A stretch of 59,559 bases of DNA from Selaginella moellendorffii (GCF_000143415.4 NW_003314280.1:1720502-1780060); one strand, 5' to 3'. Numbered from the stretch's first letter, positions 11,825-24,527 are shown. Notes: generated by a model not told the origin, from the sequence alone. Made by a program: numbers and translations.

Positions 11825-13141
11825 TCAAGAGGGAAATGAGCCAAGCGATCTACTCTTACTTGCGTGTAAGAGGCCTTTGCGTTCCAGGCTCTCAACGCAA
11901 TCGTCGAACATTTGCTCCAGCGACTTGAATTGGATCCCAAGGTCGTTCTGAAGCTTTCTGGAGCTGAATCCCTTGAAATTTGCCGGCCACCGGACCTCGA
12001 TCCTGCAAGAAAGCAAAGGAATGAGTACTAAATTTTTGTTTGCGTGATCTTACTCGTCGGTAGAGGCGATTTTGTGCTTGGGATACCTCTTGGACATGAA
12101 GCTGGCGAGCTCGATCGCACTCATGTTGATAGCAGAGCAAACGTATCTTCCACTGGCTTTGGGATTTGTGTAGGCGAGGAGGTGAGCTTCAGCAACGTCG
12201 TCGAGATGGACGTATCCAGCGTGATCTATCCACTGCTTGGCTCCTGCAGTGAGGTTGGAATCTCAAAAACGTCCTTCTTCTGTTCTTCCGATATAGAAAG
12301 GCTTGCCTTGGAGCAGCCGGAGAATATCGGCAGCGCTTGCGGTGGCCCTGGACGAGAGAAGTTCTCCAACGATTAAGCTGGGAGCGATTGTGATCACATC
12401 TATGCCGCTTTCTTTCCCAAACTCGAGTACTGCTTGCTCGGATAGAGTCTTTCCCAGACCATACCACATCTAGACTTCAAAAGCTTTTTAAGAATTGGTC
12501 CTTTGGAAATAAGACACTTGCCTGAGTCTCACGGCAGCAGTCTGCGGAGCTCCACACCGATTCGTCCAAGACGTCATCGGGCTTGAAGTCGTTCCTCACG
12601 CGGACAGCAGTCACGGATGACGTGCACACCACTCGCTTGACTGTCGTAGATCTCTTGCAGGCATCGAGCACGTTTAGAGTTCCAAGCAAGCATGGATCAA
12701 CAATCTCGGTCTGGAAGAAGAACCGTAAACAAAAACAACCAGTAAAAGTTTGTGATACAAGACTAGACCGAATCGAAGGAGTCAAGCAAAGTTACCTGTG
12801 GATCGTCCTTGTAGCTGAGAGTCACGGCAGCCGCGACATGGAAAACTCCATGGCAGCCTTGAACAATATCGTCAAAGGCCCCTTGCGTGACAAGGTCGGC
12901 CTTCTTGAGCTCCAGCCTCTCTCTCGCCCCTGGAAGCTCGCACAGGTGCGAAGTCTTGCTCGCATCGTCTAGTATCAGAAACAAGAGAATTAAACTATGT
13001 TTCTTCTCGTTTGTATGTACCTGGATCGCGCACAGTCCCGATGACGTGATATCCCTCCTCCAATAGCCGCTTCACGGGCCAAGATGCCAGGAAACCAGAA
13101 GCGCCGGTGACACACACCTTCTTCTCGTTCGCCATCGCCAT
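11825..13141 (-). CDS. DFR/CCR/TKPR-like NAD(P)H-dependent reductase, copy A (6 exons, two GC-AG introns)
   Basis: [21 protein letters not shown] Rossmann motif, [15 protein letters not shown], catalytic [14 protein letters not shown] and ASGRYVC. Exons splice in frame if the GC donors at 12521 and about 12302 are used. Confidence 0.8.
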
Positions 13142-13280
13142 GGAATGACCCTAAACTGGGCCTTGGCTCTCACTCACACAAGAATGATCAGTAACCAGGA
13201 ATTTTACTTTCAAACCTTCAATGCTGGACAATGTACTTGAGCGATGATCTTCCAGAGATTCCTGTGATAGAAAAAGCTTC

Positions 13281-15468
13281 CTAGAGCTTGAGAAACACGA
13301 ACTCCTCCACCGCCGGGATGGCCCCGATCCTGTGCAGCACTTCCTTGCTCGGCTCCTCATCCACGCCAATCGCCATCACCGCCTGCTTCCTGGCGAAGTC
13401 TTCCCCACGCTCATGAAGCTCACGTTCACGTTCCCGTCGCCCAGCAACTTTCCCGGTGATCCCCGGCTGATCCACCTGTTTGCACAGGATGACCGATCCC
13501 TCCAGGCTCACGTCCATGCTAAACTGCCCCACCTGCGAGAGGTGTGGAAGCCCGTTCTTGATCCTGCCCGCCACCGCCACCGCCACCCTTCCACCGTCGG
13601 AGACTGCGGTCGAGAACTTGGACTCGACGTTGGAGATCTTCACCGCGATGCTCTCCAGCGGCTGGGCCTGCGTGCCCGTCCCCTCGGCCGGGTGCCTCTC
13701 CTCGCTGATCCGGATGCCACGCTGCTTTGCGACGTAGTCCGCGTTCACGAGGTTGATGAAGGCGTCCGACACTGGCTCCACCAGGCCCTTGACGATCATC
13801 GCGCGGAGGAGCCGGGTGTCTAGATCGTCCGGGGACCGGGCGGACGTGTAGCTGATGGTTACGTCCTTGACTCCGTCCCCGCCGGCTACCAGCTGCTAGC
13901 TTTCCCAGCTTCTCGGCCAGTGAGCTCGGTTAAAACCTGGAGTTGCGAGCATTGAGTGTCGAGCAAAGCAGTAAAGAGATTAGCATACCTTGGAGGAAAC
14001 CATTGGAGCGTTCACCGCAGTAGCGGAAAGCTCTCCACGCAACGCGCCAACGACAGCTTCAGCAATCTCTACGGCCACGCCTTCCTACAAACTCCATTTT
14101 GATTAGTTGATGATAAGGTGAGCCATGGAAGTTGGGATGCTGCTAACCTGCGCTTCTACCGTGCTCGCACCTAGATGAGGAGTAACTATCACATTCTCGT
14201 GCTGGACCACCTTGTTGTCCTTTGCAGGCGGTTCTTGCTCGAACACATCGTGAGCAGCCTAACAAAAAACACACCAACGTGTCAGATCTCTCTCTCTTGA
14301 ACAAATAAGTAAAAGATCTACCTGAGCCACAGTGCCATTGTCAAGTGCCTTGATCAACGCAGCTTCGTCAATGACACCGCCCCTCGCGACGTTGATGATG
14401 CGAACTCCCTTCTTTACCTTCGCAAAAGTTTCATCGTTGAAAATGCCCCGGGTATCATCCGTGAGCGGCATGTGGAGCGAGATATAGTCGGCTCGAGCCA
14501 GTGCCTCATCGAAGCCAACGATCTCCACTCCAATCGCGCGGGCCCTGTCGGCGGGAGCATACGGATCGTGCGCAATCACGTGCATGCCCAGGCCTTTGGC
14601 TCTTCGAGCAACTTCCGATCCCACTTTCCCAAATCCCATGACGGCAATGGTTTTGTCTACTAGAGAAACGCCCGTGTACTTGCTTCTCTGCCACTTCCCT
14701 GGAGAAACAGAAAAAATAAAGAAACGACTCTCGTGTTAGTTCTGCTTAGACCAAGAGAGTAGAACTTAGTAAACAATGGAGAAAGGTCAGCAAGACAAGA
14801 CCAAACAAAGCTAATGATTTCGAACAATGGAGCAAAATCACCAAGACAAAATCAAGCAAAGTTAGTGATTTTAACCATGGAGCAAAGTCAGCAAGACAAG
14901 ATCAAACAAAGCTAATGATTCCAAACAATGAAACAAAGTCAGCAAGACATTATCAAACAAAGTAACGATTTTAAAAGCACTCGTGCGCAAGAACAAAGTT
15001 GGAGCATCCAGCAAAACACAAACACAATCAAACACGACAAAGAAAAGAAAAGAAATGCCACACAAAGATCTTACCTGACTTGACAGAAGCGTTTGCTTGC
15101 GCGACGTTCCTGGCCAATGCAGCAAGGAGAGCGATGGCGTGCTCGGCCGCTGCCACAGTGTTTGCCGTGGGAGCATTCACTACCAGGCAGCTCTTATCGG
15201 TGGCGGCTTGCAAGTTGACGTTGTCGATCCCAAAGCCAGCCCTCCCCACAACCTTTAGTCTTCCATTGGCCGCCTTAAACACCTCGTTTGTGACCTTGGT
15301 AGCGCTCCTCACGATCACCGCGTCACACAGGGAAATCTTGGCCTGGAGCTCCTCGGGGGAGAGATTGTAGGAGCAGTCGACGTTGGCTACCTTGCGGAGG
15401 AGATCCAGGCCGACCTCTCCCAGCTTCTCAGCGACGAGCACGGTCGGCCTGGGCGTCACGTCTTTCAC
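13281..15468 (-). pseudogene. PGDH: D-3-phosphoglycerate dehydrogenase, 5'-truncated and frameshifted
   Basis: PTVLVAEKLG, LKVVGRAGFGIDNV, MGFGKVGSEVARRAKGLGM, INVARGG and ACT-domain end AVMAIGVDEEP...EFVFLKL. No ATG or transit peptide. Deletion/frameshift near 13440 and 13900. Confidence 0.92.
14771..14972. repeat. Minisatellite, four copies of about 50 bp, inside a PGDH intron
   Basis: Unit approximately AACAATGGAGCAAAGTCAGCAAGACAAGATCAAACAAAGCTAATGATTT repeated head to tail. Confidence 0.85.
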
Positions 15469-17110
15469 TGCACTACTCGGACGAGCGAGGGCGTGATTAT
15501 GGAATCCACTCGGCCGGAGCTTGGCGGTTCGTTTCAGTATTTCTATCGTGTTTTAGGAAGTGGTGAGCCAATTAAGCTAGTGCTTGGAAAGAGCAAGATG
15601 ATTCGAAGGCTGGGAAGAAGGACTACTAACTGTCCCCAAAGGTGAAATTGTGATGGTGGGGAAATTCAGTAGCATCTCTTTGTTTCTCATTCATACTCGA
15701 TGATGCTTTCCCAGCTTAAAATCTTACCTGAGTTTCACTATGGAGATCCCGACCGTCCGGTTAGTGCGCGAGAAGACTTTCCGAAACACGAAATTCTAAT
15801 TTTTGAGATCGACATGCTTGAGATCCGACCTGTGAAGGTCAGTAGGCTTTGCTCTTTTCTTTCTTGACTCGAGTTGTTTTCAGGTGATCACAGATGACTT
15901 TGGGGGTACTCAAGCAGGTTCATATATACTCGGTTTGCAAGCTCCAAAGTTAACTCAACCTGTAGGTTCTCCGTGAGGGCGAGGGATTCGAGACTGCACG
16001 GGAGCCATACGAGATAAAAGTTTGGTGTGTACTGTCCCTTCATCTTTTGGTGTGCTAACAAAAACGCCTTACTCTAGGATAACCGGAAGTGTAAACGGAG
16101 AAGTGTTCTTCAATCACACCAAGGGCAATCCATTCGAATTTTGCTTTGGCAAAAAAGAGGTATAATATCTCTATCTTTGCGCGTCAAACTCGAGTACAAT
16201 GTTTGCCTTGGCCTTGAGAAAGGCATAGGAACAAGGACAAAATGGGAGAAGGCTATTGTATACGTTACCACAGAGTATCTTACTCCATCGTCCGCCATTC
16301 CCGATCTACCTGTTACTTCCGGTGAAGTGGCATTTGAAGTAGAAGTAGTTCAAATAATACAGGTATGATGTTTTCTATTTCCTGATGGTTAAAGCGCGTA
16401 TTTTTAAGGTGCGAGACATGTTTGGCGATGGCTGCGTAGTGAAGCGGCGCATCCGTGATGGAGTAGCCATGGACTGCCCACTTCAAGACAGTACATTACG
16501 TATACACTACAAGGGAGTGCTACCAAGCGAAGGTGGCAAGGTGTTTGTTGATACCCGAAATGACAACGAAGGCGGAGAGCCATTGGTTTTTGCTACAGGA
16601 GAAGGACTGGTATGCTTCGAATATATCGCATTGGAAGCTGAAAATGTTGTTTATGACAGGTTCCTGAAGGTTTGGAAATTTGCATTAAACTTATGCTACC
16701 CGGAGAGCTTGCTCTTATAACTTGTTCTCCTGAATAAGGTGAGAAAACCCGTTTGCTATGGTATTTAACCATCTTTTGGCAGGCCAAAACTTGTTCCAGA
16801 GAATGCCCAAAGGTGGAGCTTTTAAGCTTTGACACTGTGAAGGTAAACTTTTATTCTATGTGCTTTTGTTCTCGGTATGATTTTGGACCGGCAGGATTGG
16901 ACTGGGTACAATTTCAAGGAGATAATGGATGATGCCACTAAAATGAGAACTACCGTATTGTGTAATTCGAGTAGTATTTTATCATCTAATCTTCAGTTTA
17001 CAGGGCAATCGGTTAAAGGCGAAAGCTAAATACGAAAAGGTAATCTTCCTATCTTTTATTCTGAATATCCCAAAGCCCTTCTACACAGATTAGAGTTTAA
17101 ACACGTGAAA
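15460..17110 (+). pseudogene. PAS1: PASTICCINO1 (FKBP72-type PPIase with TPR) fragment, copy 1
   Basis: VFHCTTRTSEGVIMESTR, LEKGIGT, MDCPLQDSTLRIHYKG, GEGLVPEG, DWTGYNFKEIMDDA, AKAKYEK and EFKHV follow the PAS1 domain order. In-frame TAA near 16736. Both ends are missing. Confidence 0.88.
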
Positions 17111-17112
17111 AT

Positions 17113-17385
17113 AAGGCGGGATACACTCCAGACACCACTCTCATGCTTCACGACGTGGGGGACGAGCAAAAGAAGCGCTTGCTCTCATATCACAGCGAGA
17201 AGATGGCGATTGCATTTGGGTTGATCAGCACAGCCCCAGGAACTTCGCTGAGGATCATCAAGAACTTGCGCGTGTGTGGGGACTGTCACACTGCCACCAA
17301 GTTTATCTCCAAGATCACGGAAAGAGAGATTGTCGTGAGAGACAGCCATCGCTTCCATCACTTTGACAATGGGGGAGACTATTGA
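17113..17385 (+). pseudogene. Isolated DYW-domain fragment
   Basis: [29 protein letters not shown]...CGDCH...GGDY*, fused directly after the PAS1 fragment. Confidence 0.9.
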
Positions 17386-17502
17386 TAATTCAGGTAAGTT
17401 TTAATCTAATTTATTTTTAAAATAAGGAACAAAGCAAAAAGGTGGTTAAAAAGGGAGCTTAGTTTTATATAAATCCATGAAGGTCTATCAGAAGGAAAAA
17501 CA

Positions 17503-17853
17503 ATGAGTTCTCACTCAAGTTCTTCGATCGATCATCCATCCCCAAATTCCTTGAAGCCAACTTGGTCTAACAAGAGGAAGCGTTCTCCACGTCCCCGTTC
17601 TTCGAAGAACCTAACTCGGTCGACCAAGAGGACGTGTTCTCCACACAAGAGGGTCCCTCTGGACCCTCCAGCCTTGTGCTCTCTCATGGATCTGGAAGGA
17701 TCCGAGATGGATCAAGCAAGTTTCTTTGAACTTAGAGAACCCAGAGAGGTGGACAACGAACTCGTGATGAAGCAAGAACCACTTGAAGAGTTAAGATTGG
17801 ATCAAGTTTCTTGCTCTGAGGTCGACTGGGGGGAACTTCTCAAAGATCTCTAG
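17503..17853 (+). CDS. Hypothetical 116-aa protein, copy 2 of 8585-8923
   Basis: Near-identical ORF. Confidence 0.35.
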   Translation: MSSHSSSSIDHPSPNSLKPTWSNKRKRSPRPRSSKNLTRSTKRTCSPHKRVPLDPPALCSLMDLEGSEMDQASFFELREPREVDNELVMKQEPLEELRLDQVSCSEVDWGELLKDL

Positions 17854-17925
17854 TTTGATGAAAATTGGTCATCAAGAGATGTTTTGTAAAAATAAAACAT
17901 TTTTAATAATTTAATTTGAGCCAAG

Positions 17926-19200
17926 TTGACATCCCTGGGCCAGTTGAAAGTAACTGTCGTCCGGCACTGCTGCTGCTGCTTTCGATCGATTTCTTCTCGA
18001 TCTACAGCACCATTGAAAGCACTCGAAACAACCCAAGCATCCACCAACACGAGCCGGGATTTCCAAGAGCTCTGGAAAGCCTATCAAATTTTCCTGAACC
18101 GGCTCTCGAGATCACTCGCAAAAGATGGCAACGATGGACTTCCCTGGTGGTATAACATCAACCCGCACTTTCCATGGCCCTCCTTTCCATTTCTGCGGCC
18201 TCCAATGCTACCACCACCGCCACCGCCACCTTTGTGCCCACCACCACCGCCGCCAGTAAACTTCACCTCCAGCGATGTCGATCGAATCAACCTTGCTCTC
18301 AACGTTCACTATCTCCAAGCCGAGTTCTTCCTCCATGCAGCGTTTGGACACGGGCTTGACAAAGTTAATGCAAAGCTTGCCGAGAAGGGGCCACCGCCTA
18401 TTGGAGGCCGCAAAGCTCAACTCTCTATACAAATGGAGCATGTTGCCAAAGAACTTAGGCTCCAATCTACAGGTCATATCAGGTAGTTAACATTTCTTCC
18501 TCTCAAGTTTTTTTTTCTAAAGTTGTTTTCACACAGGGCAATCCATGATAAGCTGTCGGCCCCTGCTAAACATCAATGCTGGAGTGTGGAATTCCCTCAT
18601 CAGCAAGGCTCTCGTTCACAATCACACAGAAGTTGATGGTGGTTCTTTGCAGTTTGATCCGTACGAAAACGACGCAAACTTTCTCATTGCTGCATATGTG
18701 ATTCCGTACATTGGCCTTAACACGCTCGTAGGTTCGAGCAATCGAGTGACTGGCATTCAAGCACGAAATGTAACAAAGAATTACAAGATTTAATGAAGAT
18801 TTTCAAGAGATTCTTTGTTTCTAGTTGTCCGGATTGATGGGAATCCAAGCCGGCCAGGACGCAGTGATCCGGACACTGCTCTTCGAGATCATGGAAAACA
18901 AGTTACCTCCGTACAACGTCACAGTCAAAGTTGACAGGCCTCGTCTCGGATCTCCGTCGCAAGCTTGATCACACAAGAAAGGCCGACAAGGACTTGAGTG
19001 TGCATCAAAACCGTGGAGCCGAGAAGCAAGTAAACGGGAATCTGATCTCCACGAATGACTACTCCATGGCCATCTCGAGACCAAGTTCTCCAAGTTTTGT
19101 ACGGAACAGGGAGACGCTTCCGTACCGGGATTGTTCTTCCCCAAGGGGGCTAACGCTGACATCTTTCTCAAACCCAGGGGCCCAAACTTTAGTGTGAATG
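17926..19200 (+). pseudogene. PCC13-62 desiccation-related protein pseudogene, copy 2
   Basis: As copy 1 but retaining GIQAGQDAVIRTLLFE and KADKDL...GNLIS. Frameshifts at exon 2 and in exon 3. Confidence 0.85.
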
Positions 19201-19236
19201 ACTTTTTGCCTTTCCAGAAGTTCTAGCAAATGAGAT

Positions 19237-19968
19237 TCAAAACTTAGGATCAGCTGAGGAAACCTTCTTGTAAAAACAAACGGTGTCTCCTTCCTTGAGC
19301 GAGTGCTCCCTCACGTAATGAATCCAGTGTGTTGTGATCAGGCTCCCGGTTTTCCCCTTCTTGCACCGGAGCTCCCAAACTCCGCCCTCTTCGTCCACAA
19401 ATTCCACGAGAACCTTTTGATCATTCGGGAGAATTGACTCGTACTTGACCGGGATGAGCAATCTGTGCAGGCTATTCACGTCGCTGGCGGTCAGCTTCTT
19501 GTCAAAAAGTAGAGCCCAACGAGATGGATCGCAGGTGACGAGAGGATCCTCGCGTTTCCGGGGTCTCCACTTGTGACACTTCGTTTTCTTGGTGTCTCCC
19601 GCCGGCTGAATCGCGCCATCTTCACCCGAGGACGAGGAATCTTTCACCTCATCGGTCCTTGAACCGTAATCTCGATCGCCCATCTTAAGTTTCTTTACCT
19701 TTTGTCCCAGTTGTTGACATTCGTCCATGACCACCACCTTTCTTCGTTTCTTCTCATGTAGCTGCCCAGCTTCCTGGTTAATCACTCGTCTTTTGCTGTT
19801 GGAATCGGGCTCGCTGGTGCTCATATCCGCCGTGAACCAAAGTAGAGCCCTCCAGAGCATGGATTTCCGTGGAGACCGCTTCCTTCTCAGGACAAACTTC
19901 GAAAAACTTGGCTGCAAGGCTGCAGCGTCCGCAAGAACCAACAGTCCAGAAAAATCTTTGCTTGTCAT
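19237..19968 (-). CDS. B3-domain transcription factor, copy 2 (243 aa, slightly truncated by GGA>TGA)
   Basis: Single-exon ORF with basic NLS clusters and a B3 domain. It stops just before the GISFAR strand retained in copy 1. Confidence 0.75.
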   Translation of the reverse strand: MTSKDFSGLLVLADAAALQPSFSKFVLRRKRSPRKSMLWRALLWFTADMSTSEPDSNSKRRVINQEAGQLHEKKRRKVVVMDECQQLGQKVKKLKMGDRDYGSRTDEVKDSSSSGEDGAIQPAGDTKKTKCHKWRPRKREDPLVTCDPSRWALLFDKKLTASDVNSLHRLLIPVKYESILPNDQKVLVEFVDEEGGVWELRCKKGKTGSLITTHWIHYVREHSLKEGDTVCFYKKVSSADPKF

Positions 19969-21186
19969 CTCACCACTAGTGAAAAAACCCTTTGCTTTAA
20001 TCCAAACCTATACACTATTCACTGCCTTTTAAATAAAAGTTAAGCAAAAGGGGGTTAAAAATCTTGGCGACGCCTACGTGGCAAAAGGCTTTGATTTGAA
20101 ATCCCTAACAATCTCCCGGGCTCTTCAAATTTTCGTCGATCGATCGATCGATCGGAGGAAAGATTGTGTGCCAGTTACTATATATCGCGATGAGGAGCGC
20201 ATTGGGTCTTTCGGGCCAATTGATGAGATGCCGGTCCTCCCCGGCGACCAGCGCAAATGGTGTGGTCATCGGCGCCACCGAGCAGCTTCAATCCTCTCAG
20301 CACTCCCGCCGCTGCCGCCGCCGCCGCCTGGAGTGGCATCGACTTGTAGAGATTTCAGGAAGCTCTTGCTCAGTCGCCCATATGTAAACACGAGTCTCCC
20401 TCCTTTCTCTTCGATCTTTCGCATTTAAATGGGCGATGTCGAATCGATTGGATTTCAATGGGGGTGATTCACAAACAGGGGAGGAAGAGGGCTGATCCCG
20501 ATAATTCGATACAAGCACGATCCTATCGTTTTTTTTCTTCCGTAGGTTCTCCAGTACACGAGCTAGAACAAACATTTTTCCAGGCAACTTAACCCAGCCC
20601 CCACCGCATGCAAAATTGTTATGTGGATATAGATGATGTAAAGATTCAGTGATTTGAATTTTATAAAATTTGAGATTCAATAACTATTTGATTCAATCTA
20701 CCAAACTCTAGCTAACCATGGCCCTTGAGATGCCAGGGCCTCCACTGATCTGGAGTTTGCTCTCATCTTGTTCTCTTGTCAGGTTTGCATTACATCAGTC
20801 TGGAGCTTACTTTCATCTCATTCTCTTATCAGGTTTTCATTACACTGGTCAAGAGATTGCTTTAATATTGTTCGCTCGTCGGTGGAATTTCATCAGGCTC
20901 TCTTATCAGGTGTGACCAGTCTAGAGCTTGCATCAAATCCACTCACAGTTTCATAGTTCACATCAGGAGCAAGTTCATCAAATCATGCAACAATTGCTCA
21001 CCGATTGGGTGTGTTTTCATGCTCAATGAGTGATATGGTTTTGTAATTATTTTTTTTTAATAGCGCTCTTTGCTCCTGCTGGAGCTGGCAAAGCTGGAGA
21101 ATCAGTGGAGATGGACCTATAGTGTTTCGATCATGACTATGGTGCTTATTTTGCTAGCCATACATGCCACACTTGCGTTACATGGA

Positions 21187-22194
21187 TCAAGAGGGAAATG
21201 AGCCAAGCGATCTACTCTTACTTGCGTGTAAGAGGCCTTTGCGTTCCAGGCTCTCAACGCAATCGTCGAACATTTGCTACAGCGACTTGAATTGGATCCC
21301 AAGGTCGTCCTGAAGCTTTCTGGAGCTGAATCCCTTGAAATTTGCCGGCCACCGGACCTCGATCCTGCAAGAAAGCAAAGGAATGAGTATAAAACAGCGG
21401 CAGAAAACTAAATTTTTGTTTGCGTGATCTTACTCGTCGGTAGAGGCGATTTTGTGCTTGGGATACCTCTTGGACATGAAGCTGGCGAGCTCGATCGCAC
21501 TCATGTTGATAGCAGAGCAAACGTATCTTCCACTGGCTTTGGGATTTGTGTAGGCGAGGAGGTGAGCTTCAGCAACGTCGTCGAGATGGACGTATCCAGC
21601 GTGATCTATCCACTGCTTGGCTCCTGCAGTGAGGTTGGAATCTCAAAAACGTCCTTCTTCTGTTCTTCCGATATAGAAAGGCTTGCCTTGGAGCAGCCGG
21701 AGAATATCGGCAGCGCTTGCGGTGGCCCTGGACGAGAGAAGTTCTCTGGGAGCGATTGTGATCACATCTATGCCGCTTTCTTTCCCAAACTCGAGTGCTG
21801 CTTGCTCGGATAGAGTCTTTCCCAGACCATACCACATCTAGACTTCAAAAGCTTTTTAAGAATTGGTCCTTTGGAAATAAGACACTTGCCTGAGTCTCAC
21901 GGCAGCAGTCTGGGGAGCTCCACACCGATTCGTCCAAGACGTCATCGGGCTTGAAGTCGTTCCTCACGCGGACAGCAGTCACGGATGACGTGCACACCAC
22001 TCGCTTGACTGTCGTAGATCTCTTGCAGGCATCGAGCACGTTTAGAGTTCCAAGTAAGCATGGATCAACAATCTCGGTCTGGAAGAAGAACCGTAAACAA
22101 AAACAACCAGTAAAAGTTTGTGATACAAGACTAGACCGAATCGAAGGAGTCAAGCAAAGTTACCTGTGGATCGTCCTTGTAGCTGAGAGTCACG
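21187..22194 (-). pseudogene. DFR/CCR-like copy B, 5'-truncated
   Basis: Copy of A lacking exon 1 and most of exon 2, with a 12-nt deletion giving IAPRELLSS. Confidence 0.9.
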
Positions 22195-22232
22195 TCCTTC
22201 TCAGCGACGAGCACGGTCGGCCTGGGCGTCAC

Positions 22233-24527
22233 GTCTTTCACTGCACTACTCGGACGAGCGAGGGCGTGATTATGGAATCCACTCGGCCGGAGCTTGGCGG
22301 TTCGTTTCAGTATTTCTATCGTGTTTTAGGAAGTGGTGAGCCAATTAAGCTGGTGCTTGGAAAGAGCAAGATGATTCGAAGGCTGGGAAGAAGGACTACT
22401 AACTGTCCCCAAAGGTGAAATTGTGATGGTGGGGAAATTCAGTAGCATCTCTTTGTTTCTCATTCATACTCGATGATGGTTTCCCAGCTTAAAATCTTAC
22501 CTGAGTTTCACTATGGAGATCCCGACCGTCCGGTTAGTGCGCGAGAAGACTTCCCGAAACATTCTAATTTTTGAGATCGACATGCTTGAGATCCGACCTG
22601 TGAAGGTCAGTACTAAAAGGCTTTGCTCTTTTCTTTCTTGACTCGAGCTTTTGGTCGTTGTTTTCAGGTGATCACAGATGACTTTGGGGTACTCAAGCAG
22701 GTTCGTATATACTCGGTTTGCAAGCTCCAAAGTTAACTCAACCTGTAGGTTCTCCGTGAGAGCGAGGGATTCGAGACTGCACGGGAGCCATACGAGATAA
22801 AAGTTTGGTGTGTACTGTCCCTTCATCTTTTGGTGTGCTAACAAAAACGCCTTACTCTAGGATAACCGGAAGTGTAAACGGAGAAGTGTTCTTCAATCAC
22901 ACCAAGGGCAATCCATTCGAATTTTGCTTTGGCAAAAAAGAGGTATAATATCTCTATCTTTGCGCGTCAAACTCGAGTACAATGTTTGCCTTGGCCTTGA
23001 GAAAGGCATAGGAACAAGGACAAAATGGGAGAAGGCTATTGTATACGTTACCACAGAGTATCTTACTCCATCGTCCGCCATTCCCGATCTACCTGTTACT
23101 TCCGGTGAAGTGGCATTTGAAGTAGAAGTAGTTCAAATAATACAGGTATGATGTTTTCTATTTCCTGATGGTTAAAGCGCGTATTTTTAAGGTGCGAGAC
23201 ATGTTTGGCGATGGCTGCGTAGTGAAGCGGCGCATCCGTGATGGAGTAGCCATGGACTGCCCACTTCAAGACAGTACATTACGTATACACTACAAGGGAG
23301 TGCTACCAAGCGAAGGTGGCAAGGTGTTTGTTGATACCCGAAATGACAACGAAGGCGGAGAGCCATTGGTTTTTGCTACAGGAGAAGGACTGGTATGCTT
23401 CGAATATATCGCATTGGAAGCTGAAAATGTTGTTTATGACAGGTTCCTGAAGGTTTGGAAATTTGCATTAAACTTATGCTACCCGGAGAGCTTGCTCTTA
23501 TAACTTGTTCTCCTGAATAAGGTGAGAAAACCCGTTTGCTATGGTATTTAACCATCTTTTGGCAGGCCAAAACTTGTTCCAGAGAATGCCCAAAGGTGGA
23601 GCTTTTAAGCTTTGACACTGTGAAGGTAAACTTTTATTCTATGTGCTTTTGTTCTCGGTATGATTTTGGACCGGCAGGATTGGACTGGGTACAATTTCAA
23701 GGAGATAATGGATGATGCCACTAAAATGAGAACTACCGTATTGTGTAATTCGAGTAGTATTTTATCATCTAATCTTCAGTTTACAGGGCAATCGGTTATT
23801 TAAAGAAGGGTTGGCGAAAGCTAAATACGAAAAGGTAATCTTCCTATCTTTTATTCTGAATATCCCAAAGCTGTTCTGATTAACCAGGTACGCACAATTA
23901 ATTCTGTTCTTTCTCTAACTTTGGATATGAATATGCAGATGCTAGAAGTAAATCCTTGTCACTCGAAAGAACTGTACCGCCGAGGGAATGCTTTTATGGG
24001 AATGGGGGATTTTGACGACGCAAGGAAGGATTTCGAAAAGGCAAAAGTATGTAATAGTTAGAGGCATGTGTTCTTACAAATATCTTGCAGATGGCCAGTA
24101 CAGACAAGTCGTCGTAAGTGCACGCAAAAGCTGCTCTATCCACACTGAAAAGGAAAGAGCAGGTTGGTAGTTAGCAATTGACCTTCATAATTCTGCTCAT
24201 AATATTTCTGTGGCACAGGAAGCAAATGCTAGAGTTCGGAAGCAGTTTCAAGGGCTCCTTGACAAGAAGCCAGGTGAACTATCTAAAGAGACGCTCGAGC
24301 CAAGAGAGGTAGCTGAGAACAGTGCGCGATCCGAAGAGCAGCAGCCTGAGGAAATTGTTAATCCACCTTCCTCTTTGAGGCAACGAATGAAAACTATTTG
24401 GAACGCTGGGAGGAGTTTATGGAGAGGCCAAAAATGCGTGTCATTTTGTGAGCGGTACGTTGGCGCTGTTCTGACGTTGGTTGTATAATACTGGTTCTTT
24501 TTTGTAGGTGGAATCACGGGCTTGTAG
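22233..24527 (+). pseudogene. PAS1: PASTICCINO1 fragment, copy 2, with TPR and C-terminal membrane anchor
   Basis: Same lesions as copy 1, plus LYRRG and EANARVRKQFQGLLDKKPGEL and a hydrophobic tail (YVGAVLTLVV*). Confidence 0.88.

Larger units (their letters stand above)
8196..17110. repeat. Duplication block C, direct copy at 17113-23870 lacking 12827-15423
   Basis: Near-identical ORF sets, e.g. 9000-9560 vs 17926-18486 and 16385-16720 vs 23168-23503. Confidence 0.95.

Noticed and set aside
14771-14972. Regular 50-bp repeats as a CRISPR-like array
   Set aside because: Head-to-tail degenerate units without unique spacers, inside a plant intron, so a minisatellite.
17143-17385. Stand-alone DYW1-like editing deaminase
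   Set aside because: HxE/CxxC is present, but the PG box, targeting peptide and terminal CSC-DYW are missing. It is a breakpoint product.
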